A stretch of 64,000 bases of DNA from Minisyncoccota bacterium (GCA_041667145.1 JBAYFP010000002.1:14436-78435); one strand, 5' to 3'. Positions 1-9,918 are shown, counted from the first letter of the stretch. Numbers and translations are program-made. The notes: generated by a model from the sequence alone, not told the origin.

Positions 1-516
1 AAAAATAATATCAGCACCTAAGTTGTGTTGTATCTCGATAGATTTCTCAGGAGTAATATAGTGTATAGACCCATCTAGGTGAGACTTGAAAGAAACCCCA
101 TCTTGTCCTATCTTGGCGAGTCTAGGAGCGTCGCTATCATCAAACCTTTCAGGAATCATCAGCGATGGATCAATTATTTTAGTAATTTTAGAAATATCTT
201 TTCCATAAGCAGCACCCAGAGAAAAAACTTGAAAACCACCAGAATCTGTCATCGTAGGTCCATTCCAATTCATAAATTTACCAATACCCCCTGCATCACG
301 CACTATTTCATCTCCCGGCTGTAAATACAGATGATAAGTATTACCGAGTACTACTTGCACGCCAGCATCTTCGACCTGTTCTGGATTTAAAGATTTCACA
401 GTGGCCTTCGTACCGACAGCCACAAAAGCTGGAGTTTTAATTTCTCCGTGAGGTGTAGTGATTACTCCCACTCTCCCTAAACTATTTTCCAACTTTTTTT
501 CAATTTTAAATTGCAT
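1..516 (-). CDS. tgt: queuine tRNA-ribosyltransferase, N-terminal part (gene continues past the window start)
   Basis: Manual minus-strand translation from ATG (plus 'cat' 514-516) gives MQFKIEKKLENSLGRVGVITTPHGEIKTPAFVAVGTKATVKSL...VVLGNTYHLYLQPG, a classic Tgt N-terminus. There is no stop before position 1, so the ORF track did not list it. Confidence 0.8.
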   Translation of the reverse strand, partial: MQFKIEKKLENSLGRVGVITTPHGEIKTPAFVAVGTKATVKSLNPEQVEDAGVQVVLGNTYHLYLQPGDEIVRDAGGIGKFMNWNGPTMTDSGGFQVFSLGAAYGKDISKITKIIDPSLMIPERFDDSDAPRLAKIGQDGVSFKSHLDGSIHYITPEKSIEIQHNLGADIIF

Positions 517-520
517 TAAA

Positions 521-2296
521 TTAATATACTTCCTGCTGATAACATTTTTCACAATAAATAATTTCTTGCCTGTCTGGAGAATAAGAAGTCTCAAATTCAT
601 TGGGACAAGATTGTATATCATGAAAATGTTTTGTAGTATTTTTATATATCTTATTAGAAGAAATAATGCCATTACAATTACACTTTTGATGATAAAAATT
701 AATAGGATTTAGTTGTTTTATTCTTTCACTAAAACGACAATTTGGACAAAGACGTGGAATGGGTAAATTGAATTTTTTATAAAATTGGAATTCTCCCTCA
801 ATTATTTTAAAGGCAGAAGAACAATTACATTCACATAAACCATCATGAGCACAAGCAATCGTTTTATTTATGATTTCTTCATTAATATTTTTAATATCAT
901 CAGGTAATTCATTTAACATAATTTCAATCTTATAGTCTCTTTTAAAAGGATCTCTCCATATATAACCTTGATTTAATACTTCTTCTTTAGAAGTTGGAAA
1001 ATATTCTAATGCCAGTGTTTCATTATAAGCGAAAGATGAAAATTCTAATGGAAAAAATTCACCATATTTATAAATTCTATTTTCCTCGTCAATATACGGC
1101 ATATGGTACATATGTTTAATTATCTTCTCTCGCAATGTTATATATTCTTCTTTTGAATATTGTTTGTTAAAAATACTATATTGTTTTTTCTTTAACCCAA
1201 CACAACCAAAACAATCAGAACACGAATGACATTCTATACAATACTCTAAGTTATTAGAATTAGGCCAACATTCTAAACAAAATTTTAAATTAGAACAATT
1301 TTTACCACATGAAGTACATTCATATATGAGTTCTGAATTCCATCCTGAAATAGTATAATCATATGAATCTTTTGCTTTATATAGACTCTGGGAAAATTTC
1401 AAGTTTTCGGATTTAAATATATGGAAAGATTTTTTAATATTTTTTGAACCATAAATATAATCCCCAGAACAATTTGGACTTTGCATAGTATGCATGAATT
1501 TAATAGGGAACTTTTTTCTGAATTCTTTAACTTTTTCTTTTATATCAAGTAAAAAAGAGTAAGACCCTAAATTAAATTCACTTATTCTATCTCTATACTC
1601 TTCTTTTGTATATTGTTCGTTGAAAATACAATATTTTTTATGATTTAAATTTACACATCCAAAACAATCAGAGCAATCACGACAATTCAAAGAAAACCAA
1701 ACATTTCTACATCCTCCACATTCTATACTAAAAAAAACTTCATAAGAATCAATCACAGAAAAAGTCTCATAACATGAAATAGAATCTTTTGTATAATAAA
1801 AGTCCATTGAATCTTTTAAACTATTTGCCCCTACTCCATAAAATAAATTCTCACCAATACCTCCAGAAAAAGTCATGTAACAATTTTTAAAATCTAAAAC
1901 ATTATTACAGTAATCACTATTCACACTATTTTCAATCAATCTAGAACATGATGGTACTGATATACGTAATTCATTAAATTGTTCAAAAAATGATCGAGAA
2001 AAATCATAAGAACGTCCATATTCCATAGCGTCCCAATTATCACTCCACCAAAAATTATGATCATATATTTTTAAAACTGAATCTCTTGGATATGCTGAAA
2101 AAATTTCTTTACCAGTTTTAAAATCGGTTTTTTTAAAAAGAAAACGTTCATTTCTAAAAATAACTCTGCGAATAGCTCGACAACGAGAACACCAGGTCGG
2201 TGCTGGTACTTTTAGTTTTTCATAAAAATTAAAATCTTCGGGTTCTATTATGAAGTCCTTTTTGCAATTTTGACAATTTCTTGTTTCAGATTCCAT
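521..2296 (-). CDS. large cysteine-rich protein (~50 Cys) with an internal ~140-aa tandem duplication and two zinc-ribbon-like CxxC...CxxCR modules; function unknown
   Basis: 591-aa ORF. The N-terminal module NCQNCKKDFIIEPEDFNFYEKLKVPAPTWCSRCR recurs near the C-terminus as CECNCSSAFKIIEGEFQFYKKFNLPIPRLCPNCR. The middle holds two copies of C(R/H)xCSDCFGCVxLxxKxY(C/S)IFNxQYxKEEY. I cannot assign it to a named family. Confidence 0.6.
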   Translation of the reverse strand: MESETRNCQNCKKDFIIEPEDFNFYEKLKVPAPTWCSRCRAIRRVIFRNERFLFKKTDFKTGKEIFSAYPRDSVLKIYDHNFWWSDNWDAMEYGRSYDFSRSFFEQFNELRISVPSCSRLIENSVNSDYCNNVLDFKNCYMTFSGGIGENLFYGVGANSLKDSMDFYYTKDSISCYETFSVIDSYEVFFSIECGGCRNVWFSLNCRDCSDCFGCVNLNHKKYCIFNEQYTKEEYRDRISEFNLGSYSFLLDIKEKVKEFRKKFPIKFMHTMQSPNCSGDYIYGSKNIKKSFHIFKSENLKFSQSLYKAKDSYDYTISGWNSELIYECTSCGKNCSNLKFCLECWPNSNNLEYCIECHSCSDCFGCVGLKKKQYSIFNKQYSKEEYITLREKIIKHMYHMPYIDEENRIYKYGEFFPLEFSSFAYNETLALEYFPTSKEEVLNQGYIWRDPFKRDYKIEIMLNELPDDIKNINEEIINKTIACAHDGLCECNCSSAFKIIEGEFQFYKKFNLPIPRLCPNCRFSERIKQLNPINFYHQKCNCNGIISSNKIYKNTTKHFHDIQSCPNEFETSYSPDRQEIIYCEKCYQQEVY

Positions 2297-2353
2297 ATTT
2301 TTAAATTCCTTAACTTATTATATATAAACATACTAAAGTTTTTTAGAAATATC

Positions 2354-3157
2354 TTACTTTTCTATCTCTACAAATTTAAGTTCCTGGATATTTACCGGAC
2401 TGGACAGAAGAGCTTTTTGGAAAGAATCACGTGGATCGGAGATAATTGTTTGAACAATGCCAACGACATAAGGAGTGATTCCAGGTAAAACTACTTCCGT
2501 CCCCTTTTCTAAAACAAAATCCCTAGGCAAGGTCATTTCAAAATTTCCTCCACCCCGACCAACTATTTGCATAAAAGTATCTTTGCCAGAAACAACGACT
2601 TCCGTTTTTTCTCCCGGATTTGAAAATAAAATAATTTTGGCAGTATTTGTATAAACTTCTGCTATACGTCCGATAGGGACATTGCCTAGAGCAAAAACTC
2701 TCTGTCCTACAAATATACCGTTTTTAGTACCAGAATCAACAATAAGTGTGTCATAAAGAGATTGATTGGGTTTTGATAAGATACCAGCCAAGATCATATC
2801 CACTTTCCCATTTTTTCTTCCCAAAATTTCTTTAATTTTTAAATTTTCGTCTAAAACAGAGTTATAATTAGAAATTCTGGCTTCTTGCTCATTTAGTTTT
2901 GTTTTTAAATTTTCATTTTCTGAGAGAAGAGAACTTTTAGAATAAAAATATGAACCAACGTTTGATAAACCTCCACCAATATTATTTCCAAAAATTAAGA
3001 CCGGACGGAAAACAAAAGATGAAACATAGGAAAATCCACTAAAAATACCATTCCTAAAATAAATCAAAAAAAGAAAAAACATAACAAGAATAATATATCT
3101 TATATATTTATTTTTTTTTATTTTTTTATCTAGGAGGTAACTCATCTTGATTCCCAA
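2354..3157 (-). CDS. mreC: rod shape-determining protein MreC
   Basis: N-terminal TM segment, coiled coil, then a beta-rich domain (NGKVDMILAGILSKPNQSLYDTLIVDSGTKNGIFVGQRVF). It lies immediately downstream of mreB, overlapping it by 32 nt. Confidence 0.8.
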   Translation of the reverse strand: MGIKMSYLLDKKIKKNKYIRYIILVMFFLFLIYFRNGIFSGFSYVSSFVFRPVLIFGNNIGGGLSNVGSYFYSKSSLLSENENLKTKLNEQEARISNYNSVLDENLKIKEILGRKNGKVDMILAGILSKPNQSLYDTLIVDSGTKNGIFVGQRVFALGNVPIGRIAEVYTNTAKIILFSNPGEKTEVVVSGKDTFMQIVGRGGGNFEMTLPRDFVLEKGTEVVLPGITPYVVGIVQTIISDPRDSFQKALLSSPVNIQELKFVEIEK

Positions 3158-4172
3158 TTAAAACTTCTTTGTAAGCTGAAAGATCATCTAAAATAACCCC
3201 CGTTCCACGAGCAACAGCTGTAAGTGGATCATCCACTACATATACAGGTATTTTCAAAACACTTTGTAAAAGCTCTCCGAGGCCCATTAATAAAGCTCCC
3301 CCACCAGAGAGTGTGATCCCCTTATGCATTATGTCTGATAAGATTTCCGGAGGTGTTGTCTCTAGCACATCTTTCACTCCTTCTATGAGTTCTTTTATTG
3401 AAAGTGAGAAAGCCTCACGAATATCTGAATCAGTCACTACCACTTCACGAGGTAGCCCCGTCAACAAATCACGTCCACGCACCTCTGTCTCCATATATTC
3501 TCCTGGAATAACAGAACCAATCACAATTTTTACCATCTCAGCTGTAGTCTCGCCAATCAGAATCTTAAATTCATCACGCATGTAAGTAATGATGTCAGTA
3601 TTAAATCTATCACCTGCCACTTTTAAATTTTTTGATTTTACGATTCCTCCTAAAGAAATCACAGCGACATCTGTCGTGCCACCTCCGATATCTATAATCA
3701 TAGAACCGACAGGATCTTTAATGGGAAGTCGTATACCAATAGCAGCCGCCATAGGTTCTTCTACTAAAAATACTTCTCTCGCTCCTGCCGAACGTGCGGC
3801 ATCATAGACGGCCCGTGTCTCAACATTTGTCGTACCAGAAGGAACACCTACAAGTACTCTCGGACGAACAAACTTTTTAGACATTTTGTCTGCTTTATTT
3901 ATCAAATATGAAAGCATTTCTTCTGTCACTTCAAAATCTGATATCACACCATCCACCAGCGGACGAACCGCTTTGATGTGTCCTGGAGTACGTCCGAGCA
4001 TCTCTTTCGCTTTTTCTCCCACAGCGAGAATTTGATTTGTTTTGATATTTACTGCCACGACAGATGGCTCGTTAATTACAATACCGCGTCCTTTTAAATA
4101 CACTAAAGTATTCGAGGTACCTAGGTCTATACCGATGTCATTCGAAATTAATTTGTAAAATTTATCAAACAT
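3126..4172 (-). CDS. mreB: rod shape-determining protein MreB (actin homolog)
   Basis: IGIDLGTSNTLVY... and DIGGGTTDVAVIS actin/MreB phosphate motifs; 348 aa. Confidence 0.92.
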   Translation of the reverse strand: MFDKFYKLISNDIGIDLGTSNTLVYLKGRGIVINEPSVVAVNIKTNQILAVGEKAKEMLGRTPGHIKAVRPLVDGVISDFEVTEEMLSYLINKADKMSKKFVRPRVLVGVPSGTTNVETRAVYDAARSAGAREVFLVEEPMAAAIGIRLPIKDPVGSMIIDIGGGTTDVAVISLGGIVKSKNLKVAGDRFNTDIITYMRDEFKILIGETTAEMVKIVIGSVIPGEYMETEVRGRDLLTGLPREVVVTDSDIREAFSLSIKELIEGVKDVLETTPPEILSDIMHKGITLSGGGALLMGLGELLQSVLKIPVYVVDDPLTAVARGTGVILDDLSAYKEVLIGNQDELPPR

Positions 4173-5421
4173 TTTTTATCAAATTTAACAATTCTTCTAA
4201 AGAAATAACTTTCCCTTTCTCTTCGTTCCTCTTTTTTACCTCTACACCATTCTCTTTCATGCTTCTTGTAGAAACAACTATACGAAAAGGCATACCTAAT
4301 AAATCAGCATCAGCAAATTTCTCTCCTGGAGAAACTTCACTTCTATCATCAAATAAAACTTCAATATTATTTTTTCTTAAAGTGTCATAAACTTTATCTG
4401 CTTCTTTTTTTACATCTTCACTTTCACCTAAAGAAAGAAGGTGCACTTGAAATGGAGCAACAGATTCTGGCCAGATTATGCCTTTATCGTCTGCTAAAGC
4501 TTCCACAATAGTCCCCATGACTCTTGTCGGCCCCATACCATAAGAACCCATAAATACTGGTTTTTTGTCTCCATTTTCTGTTTGGTAATTTAAATCAAGA
4601 GCGTCAGAAAAACGAGTACCTAAAGTAAAGATATTGCCTACTTCCACTGCTCTTTTTTCTACTAAGTCTTCCCTCTTTAAATCTAGTTTTCCTAGGGTCT
4701 CATCATCGAGAACTTCTTTATTAACTGCAATATTTTTATTTTCATCTACATATATTGTATCTTCTCCTGTGGAAGTGACTGTTTGAAACTCATGAGAAAA
4801 CTTTGAAAAAGATCCACCTGAAGCAAAAGTTAAATACGTCAAATGTCCTATTCCCAATCTTTGGAAAATATTTTTATAAGCTCCTTTCGCTTTTTCATAA
4901 AATTCATTATGTTCAACCTCGTCTTTTGAAAAAGAGTATAAATCCTTCATACTGAATTCTCGAGTACGCATTATTCCGCTCTTTGCTCGCGCTTCATTGC
5001 GAAACTTTGTTTGAAATTGATAAACAGAACATGGCAAATCTCGATAAGAATTAATATAACTTTTCATTATATTAGTCAAAGGTTCTTCATGAGTAAATCC
5101 TAAACCAACTTCTGTATCATTTTTTAATTTTGTTTTAAACCAAATATCTACTTTCTCATCTTCCCAACGATCAGTTTTTTTCCAGAGTTCAGGATTTTGA
5201 AGTGCTGTCATCGTGATTTCTTGCCCACCAATAGCATTCATTTCCTCTCGAATAATCTTTTCAATGTTTTTTAAAACACGCAAACCAAGTGGTAAATAAG
5301 AATATACCCCAGCCATTTCTTTATGAATAAAACCTCCTCGAATAAGAAGTTCCGCATTTTTTGACACTTCATCCGTAGGAACCTCTTTTTTCGTTTTAGT
5401 AAAAAGTTTAGATTGTCTCAT
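4165..5421 (-). CDS. proS: prolyl-tRNA synthetase (short form lacking the insertion/editing domain)
   Basis: N-terminus FTKTKKEVPTDEVSKNAELLIRGGFIHKEMAGVYSYLPLGLRVLKNIEKIIREEM matches the ProRS class II signature. It has a C-terminal anticodon-binding domain and is 418 aa. Confidence 0.8.
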   Translation of the reverse strand: MRQSKLFTKTKKEVPTDEVSKNAELLIRGGFIHKEMAGVYSYLPLGLRVLKNIEKIIREEMNAIGGQEITMTALQNPELWKKTDRWEDEKVDIWFKTKLKNDTEVGLGFTHEEPLTNIMKSYINSYRDLPCSVYQFQTKFRNEARAKSGIMRTREFSMKDLYSFSKDEVEHNEFYEKAKGAYKNIFQRLGIGHLTYLTFASGGSFSKFSHEFQTVTSTGEDTIYVDENKNIAVNKEVLDDETLGKLDLKREDLVEKRAVEVGNIFTLGTRFSDALDLNYQTENGDKKPVFMGSYGMGPTRVMGTIVEALADDKGIIWPESVAPFQVHLLSLGESEDVKKEADKVYDTLRKNNIEVLFDDRSEVSPGEKFADADLLGMPFRIVVSTRSMKENGVEVKKRNEEKGKVISLEELLNLIKNV

Positions 5422-5539
5422 TTCACCATCTTACCCGAAAAAAGTCCTTTTGGCAAAGTTGCAAAAGGGTAAAGATTCTGCTAGAATAACCCTTATGCAA
5501 ACTACGAACTTGAAGTCACAGAAGGTGGAAAATAAAAAT

Positions 5540-6247
5540 ATGAGTGTTGCCACAAGCGTTGAAAAAATGTTTGAAGCAGGAGCACATTATGGTTATGGAA
5601 AGAGCCGAAGACACCCTTCCGTCTCTTCATATATATATGCCACCAAAAATAACGGGGATATTATTGACCTTGAGAAAACAAGCGTCATGTTAGAAAAGGC
5701 TACAGAATTTATTAAAAATCTAGGTGCTCAAAATAAAACTATCCTTTTTGTTGGGACTAAGCCAGAAGCCAGAGAAATAATCAAAAATACAGCATTAAGT
5801 TTAAATATGCCTTACGTAAATATCCGCTGGATAGGAGGTACTTTGAGTAATTTTGTAGAAATTAAAAAAAGAATAGCTGAACTTGAAAAATACAACAAAG
5901 AAAGTGTAGAAGGTGGACTTGAAAAATACACAAAGAAAGAAAGAGTCGTTATGGCCAAAAAGATGGAAAAACTATCTAAATACTACAGCGGTTTGATTGG
6001 TCTCAAGAAAGCCCCTGACGTATTGTTTGTCATTGACTCAAAAGCAGAGCACATAGCAGCTACTGAGGCTAGAAAATCAGGCGTAATAGTCATCGCATTG
6101 GCCAATTCTGATTCAAATATTAAAGGTATAGATTATCCTATCGTTGCTAATGATTCCGGAATACCATCCATTAAACTTTTCACTAATTCTATTGCAACTG
6201 CTTATAAAGAAGGTACAATGTCTGTACCTAATAAGATTGAGAAATAA
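5540..6247 (+). CDS. rpsB: 30S ribosomal protein S2
   Basis: FEAGAHYGYGKSRRHPSVSSYIYATKNNGDIIDLEKT... is the S2 signature. The ORF track starts it at 5450. I prefer the ATG at 5540, which is in frame and preceded by the SD-like 'gaaggtgga'. Confidence 0.85.
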   Translation: MSVATSVEKMFEAGAHYGYGKSRRHPSVSSYIYATKNNGDIIDLEKTSVMLEKATEFIKNLGAQNKTILFVGTKPEAREIIKNTALSLNMPYVNIRWIGGTLSNFVEIKKRIAELEKYNKESVEGGLEKYTKKERVVMAKKMEKLSKYYSGLIGLKKAPDVLFVIDSKAEHIAATEARKSGVIVIALANSDSNIKGIDYPIVANDSGIPSIKLFTNSIATAYKEGTMSVPNKIEK

Positions 6248-6252
6248 AAACT

Positions 6253-7032
6253 ATGTCTAATATTATAACCACTGAACTAATAAAAGAACTTAGAGATGCT
6301 ACTGGCATTTCTGTAATGCAATGCAGAAACGCATTAAAAGAAGCAGATGGAAATATGGAAAAAGCGATAGCTATCTTGAAAAAGACAAGCTCTGATATCG
6401 CCTTAAAAAAAGCCGGACGTGACGCAAAAGACGGAAGGGTTTGTATAAAATCTGGAGATAAGAGATCTCTACTAGTCGCATTACACTGTGAAACTGATTT
6501 CGTATCTAAAAATGAAGATTTTGTAAATTTACTTTCTAAACTAGGAGACATCGCACTCAATGAAGGTATAGACAAAATGAAAGAAAAAGCAAAAGATATG
6601 ATCGACCCTATTATCCAAAAAACTGGAGAAAAAATAGAGCTCGGAGAAGTATCTGAAATAAAAGGAGACATCTTAGGAAATTACGTACACAATAATAAAG
6701 TCGCTGTGATAGTGTCACTCGAAGGTGGTAATGAAGAACTCGCAAAAGATATAGCTATGCATATCACTGCTATGAAACCTGAATATATCTCTCAAGCTGA
6801 TATCACAGATGAAATTAAAAATACAATGAATGAAATCTTCCAGAAAGAAGTAGCATCTATAAATAAACCAGAAGACATAAAGAAAAAGATGTTAGATGGT
6901 AAAATGGCTACTTATTTCAAAGAGAAAACTTTGCTTGATCAAATATTTATAAAAGATCCAAATGAAACGATCAACAGTCTTTTAAATAAAAATAAAGCAA
7001 AGATCAAGGAAGTAAAACGTTATTCCATTTAA
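6253..7032 (+). CDS. tsf: elongation factor Ts
   Basis: N-terminal UBA-like ELRDATGISVMQCRNALKEADGNMEKAIAIL, plus the conserved rpsB-tsf gene order. Confidence 0.9.
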   Translation: MSNIITTELIKELRDATGISVMQCRNALKEADGNMEKAIAILKKTSSDIALKKAGRDAKDGRVCIKSGDKRSLLVALHCETDFVSKNEDFVNLLSKLGDIALNEGIDKMKEKAKDMIDPIIQKTGEKIELGEVSEIKGDILGNYVHNNKVAVIVSLEGGNEELAKDIAMHITAMKPEYISQADITDEIKNTMNEIFQKEVASINKPEDIKKKMLDGKMATYFKEKTLLDQIFIKDPNETINSLLNKNKAKIKEVKRYSI

Positions 7033-7038
7033 AATAAC

Positions 7039-7452
7039 ATGTCTATACCACTAATTTCATTTTTTTTGTCACTTTTGGGCATCATTGTGATGGTGTGGCG
7101 TGAACTCATCCTTGTTAGAAATGGGCAAGTAGCAGTAGCGCAACATTCTCACCCATTTGTCCCTGATTTACACAAATTAAAACATATAACATTAAAGGGA
7201 ACCAAAAAATTTGGATACATAGTACTTTTTGTAATTCTTAGATTTTTTATAAGATCTTCTAATTTTATAAAAACTATAAGCAAAATACTCATAAAAGAAT
7301 TAAAGAACAAGTTTAAAAAAATTGTTCATGATTCTAAAGAAGAGATTACAGAAAAAAAAGAAGCATCAAAATATCTAAAAATAATTTCAGAATATCAGCA
7401 CAAAATCAGACAAATGAAACACAGGATAAAAGAGGAAGAAGGAATAGAATAA
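7039..7452 (+). CDS. hypothetical small membrane protein (Lys-rich C-terminus)
   Basis: 137-aa ORF with an N-terminal hydrophobic segment and no recognisable domain. Confidence 0.4.
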   Translation: MSIPLISFFLSLLGIIVMVWRELILVRNGQVAVAQHSHPFVPDLHKLKHITLKGTKKFGYIVLFVILRFFIRSSNFIKTISKILIKELKNKFKKIVHDSKEEITEKKEASKYLKIISEYQHKIRQMKHRIKEEEGIE

Positions 7453-7483
7453 GTATGATAGTATAAAGACAGTTAAATACAAT

Positions 7484-7556
7484 GCCGCTTTAGCTCAGTT
7501 GGTAGAGCAACGCTTTTGTAAAGCGAAGGTCCTCAGTTCGAATCTGAGAAGCGGCT
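7484..7556 (+). tRNA. tRNA-Thr (anticodon TGT)
   Basis: 73-nt cloverleaf: acceptor GCCGCTT/AAGCGGC, D-arm GCTCAGTTGGTAGAGC, anticodon loop TTTGTAA (U33, A37), T-arm CTCAGTTCGAATCTGAG. CCA is not encoded. Confidence 0.8.
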
Positions 7557-7565
7557 CACGGATAA

Positions 7566-8285
7566 TTAGAGACTCTTTTGAGTCGTTGCCTTAATAATAG
7601 ACTTTGTGTTTATGGGTTTTGTTTCTAGAAATTTAAATAATTCTTTCACTCGAGATTCAAGACTTTCTATACTCTGGAAACCCGTCAATACATTATCGTC
7701 AACAACTAATGCGGGGAGTTTAGTGTCCTCAATCTTATATATTTGAAGCATCGCTTTTACAGCAGAAAGATCAATACTATAGTCAAAAGAATAAACACGA
7801 AGTTCTGGGTATTTTTCTCGTAGGACAGAAAGTGCTAACCCTTGTCTTTGACATTCACTACAATTTTCTGCCGTCGTATAGAAATACAAAATAAATGCTG
7901 ATTTTGTACCACAACGTGCATAAATTTTTTTTGTTAATAAATAATCTTTTATCTCCAAAAGAGAATAATATTTTTTTAAATACAAAACCTCATCGGTCAT
8001 ACCTAAGTTTTGTTGTCCCCACTCTAATTTACTTGCTAACTCTCCAAGCTCACCAGAGATAACAGAATCAGAAATATTTTTACATGAAAGCTCTGAAAGC
8101 AAAGAAAACTGAGTCTCTGAAGATAAAATATCTATCGATATTTTATCTTGAATCGCTTTTAATTGATCAATCTTCTTATTACCAAAATAATTGCTAATAT
8201 AAGTGGCACTTAAAAAAAGTCCTATGGTAAACAAAAAAACAATCAAATATTTTTTCCAATCTATATTGTTGTTATTATTATACAT
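7566..8285 (-). CDS. membrane-anchored protein with a possible thioredoxin-like fold (CSEC motif)
   Basis: N-terminal TM helix, then YFYTTAENCSECQ and ...LPALVVDDNVLTG, which resemble a thioredoxin fold. Weak assignment. Confidence 0.4.
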   Translation of the reverse strand: MYNNNNNIDWKKYLIVFLFTIGLFLSATYISNYFGNKKIDQLKAIQDKISIDILSSETQFSLLSELSCKNISDSVISGELGELASKLEWGQQNLGMTDEVLYLKKYYSLLEIKDYLLTKKIYARCGTKSAFILYFYTTAENCSECQRQGLALSVLREKYPELRVYSFDYSIDLSAVKAMLQIYKIEDTKLPALVVDDNVLTGFQSIESLESRVKELFKFLETKPINTKSIIKATTQKSL

Positions 8286-8292
8286 ATATTTT

Positions 8293-9534
8293 TTATCTCC
8301 AAGCTGGTTTCCTGGATATAATCGTATTATAAACCGCTTTTAGAAACCAAAAAGGTCCAACAATGCCAAATATAAAAAGAAAAAAGAATATATCGAAAGA
8401 AAAACCCCATTTACCTTCAGACATTTTTCTTCCTATAATTATCGACAAAATCGTTAACAAAATTAAAACCAAAGCCATAAGTGAAACTGCTTGTGTATTA
8501 ATAAAAAAAGAATCAAAATTTACCTTTGAAAAAAAACTAAAACCCATCGTTTCTATTTCAAGCACTTTTTGAAACACCGAATTTACAAAAGTATAAATAG
8601 TCTTTCCAAAAAGAAAACCAACACCTAATATGGAAAGAATGTTAAAAGGTACTGTAAAAAGTGAAAAATTACCATATCTTCTCTTAAAAATTATTTTTCT
8701 GTAATCAATAGTATTATTTATAAAACCGTAAACCCAACGTGATCTCTGTCTATACAATTTCTTAATAGTTTTAGGGGTATTGGTATAAACATAAGCGTCA
8801 TTACATTGCTCTATTTTATAATGATTCTTTTGCATCCTATAAGCAATCTCTAAATCCTCCGTGTTATGAGCATGGTGATAAGGACCTAAATCATCAAAGA
8901 CTTTCTTACGAAAAATAGTCAACGGACCAGGAGTCACATGTATTGCCCCTAAAAAACCAAGCATTTTTTTAATATAAACTGACATATCATAATCAGCTTT
9001 TTGGGCGGATTGAACAAAGCTATTATTGTTAATAGTAAGGACAGAAGGAGACACAGCCATAGTATCTTGATCCTTTTCAAAATAACTCATAATTCGCACC
9101 AAGGACTCTCTGTCTGCCATAGAATCAGCATCGAGACAACCAATAAACTCAGTATCTAGGTGTTCCAAACCTAAATTAAGTGCAGTATACTTACCACCAT
9201 TTTCTTTATGAAAAACTTTCACATTTGAAAACTTAGAAAACCTTGATATAACATCCAATGTTTTATCCGTGGATCCATCATCAATTAAAAAAATGTTCAC
9301 CTTATCTTTAGGATAATTTAAATCAAGAAGTGAACGTACGGTCTTATACACTGTCTTTTCTTCATTCCAACATGGAACAATAATGGTTACTTTTGGATAC
9401 TTTGAAAGTTCAATATGTCCTTCTCTAACCATTATTCTTTTTCTATTTTCTAGAAAAGTGATAAGGAAAAAAACCTGCACATAGACAGAAAGAAAGGTCA
9501 AGATATAGAAGACTATATTTGAAACTGAAGCCAT
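8293..9534 (-). CDS. family-2 glycosyltransferase, processive type (QxxRW motif) with C-terminal TM helices
   Basis: TIIVPCWNEEKTVYKTVRSLLDLNYPKDKVNIFLIDDGST (GT-A DxD region), the QRSRW motif, and multiple TM segments. This resembles NodC/cellulose-synthase-like enzymes. Confidence 0.8.
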   Translation of the reverse strand: MASVSNIVFYILTFLSVYVQVFFLITFLENRKRIMVREGHIELSKYPKVTIIVPCWNEEKTVYKTVRSLLDLNYPKDKVNIFLIDDGSTDKTLDVISRFSKFSNVKVFHKENGGKYTALNLGLEHLDTEFIGCLDADSMADRESLVRIMSYFEKDQDTMAVSPSVLTINNNSFVQSAQKADYDMSVYIKKMLGFLGAIHVTPGPLTIFRKKVFDDLGPYHHAHNTEDLEIAYRMQKNHYKIEQCNDAYVYTNTPKTIKKLYRQRSRWVYGFINNTIDYRKIIFKRRYGNFSLFTVPFNILSILGVGFLFGKTIYTFVNSVFQKVLEIETMGFSFFSKVNFDSFFINTQAVSLMALVLILLTILSIIIGRKMSEGKWGFSFDIFFFLFIFGIVGPFWFLKAVYNTIISRKPAWR

Positions 9535-9576
9535 ATTATATGCTTACAATATACCATTTTGCCCTTAAAAAGCAAG

Positions 9577-9604
9577 CCCCACGCCGACATAAGTCGACGT
9601 GGGG
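9577..9604 (-). terminator. intrinsic terminator hairpin downstream of the DUF378 gene
   Basis: GC-rich near-perfect palindrome ccccacgccgac-ataa-gtcgacgtgggg, followed on the minus strand by cttgcttttta. Confidence 0.55.
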
Positions 9605-9627
9605 AAAGCTCGAAAATAACTACAAAA

Positions 9628-9918
9628 TTACATATTACCTCCTACTTTTTCTGCCCCTGATGGAGTACATGCGCCATCCATACACTTTCCACACTTACAA
9701 CCAAAAATCATCATCACTGCAGCAATACCTACGAGTACATAAACAACAGCTTCAAGCACCGGTATAGAGCCCAAGATCATATTAACAACATTCCATCCTC
9801 CTACTGTACCTAAAAGCATCCCTAAACCTACTAACCCCCAATTTATACCTCCTATGATTACAAGAATTTTGGCAATCATAGCCATAGTGCAACCACCCTT
9901 ACAACAATTTTTACACAT
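9628..9918 (-). CDS. DUF378-family small membrane protein with Cys-rich N- and C-terminal tails
   Basis: Core IGGINWGLVGLGMLLG...GSIPVLEAVVYVLVGIAAV is typical of DUF378. The tails are CKNCCKGGC and CKCGKCMDGAC. Confidence 0.6.
   Translation of the reverse strand: MCKNCCKGGCTMAMIAKILVIIGGINWGLVGLGMLLGTVGGWNVVNMILGSIPVLEAVVYVLVGIAAVMMIFGCKCGKCMDGACTPSGAEKVGGNM

Noticed and set aside
79-712. Plus-strand ORFs 79-324 and 458-712 at the window start
   Set aside because: The minus strand over the same DNA encodes an unambiguous Tgt N-terminus, and the 458-712 ORF also overlaps the Cys-rich gene end. They are shadow ORFs of low complexity.
2530-2570. GC-rich patch 'cctccaccccgacc' inside mreC as another inserted element
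   Set aside because: It encodes the Gly-rich motif GRGGGNFEM, which is a normal part of MreC. No hairpin and no extra residues relative to orthologs are evident.
9519-9767. 82-aa plus-strand ORF overlapping the DUF378 gene
   Set aside because: It lies antisense to a gene with a recognisable conserved core, and its own translation is low complexity.
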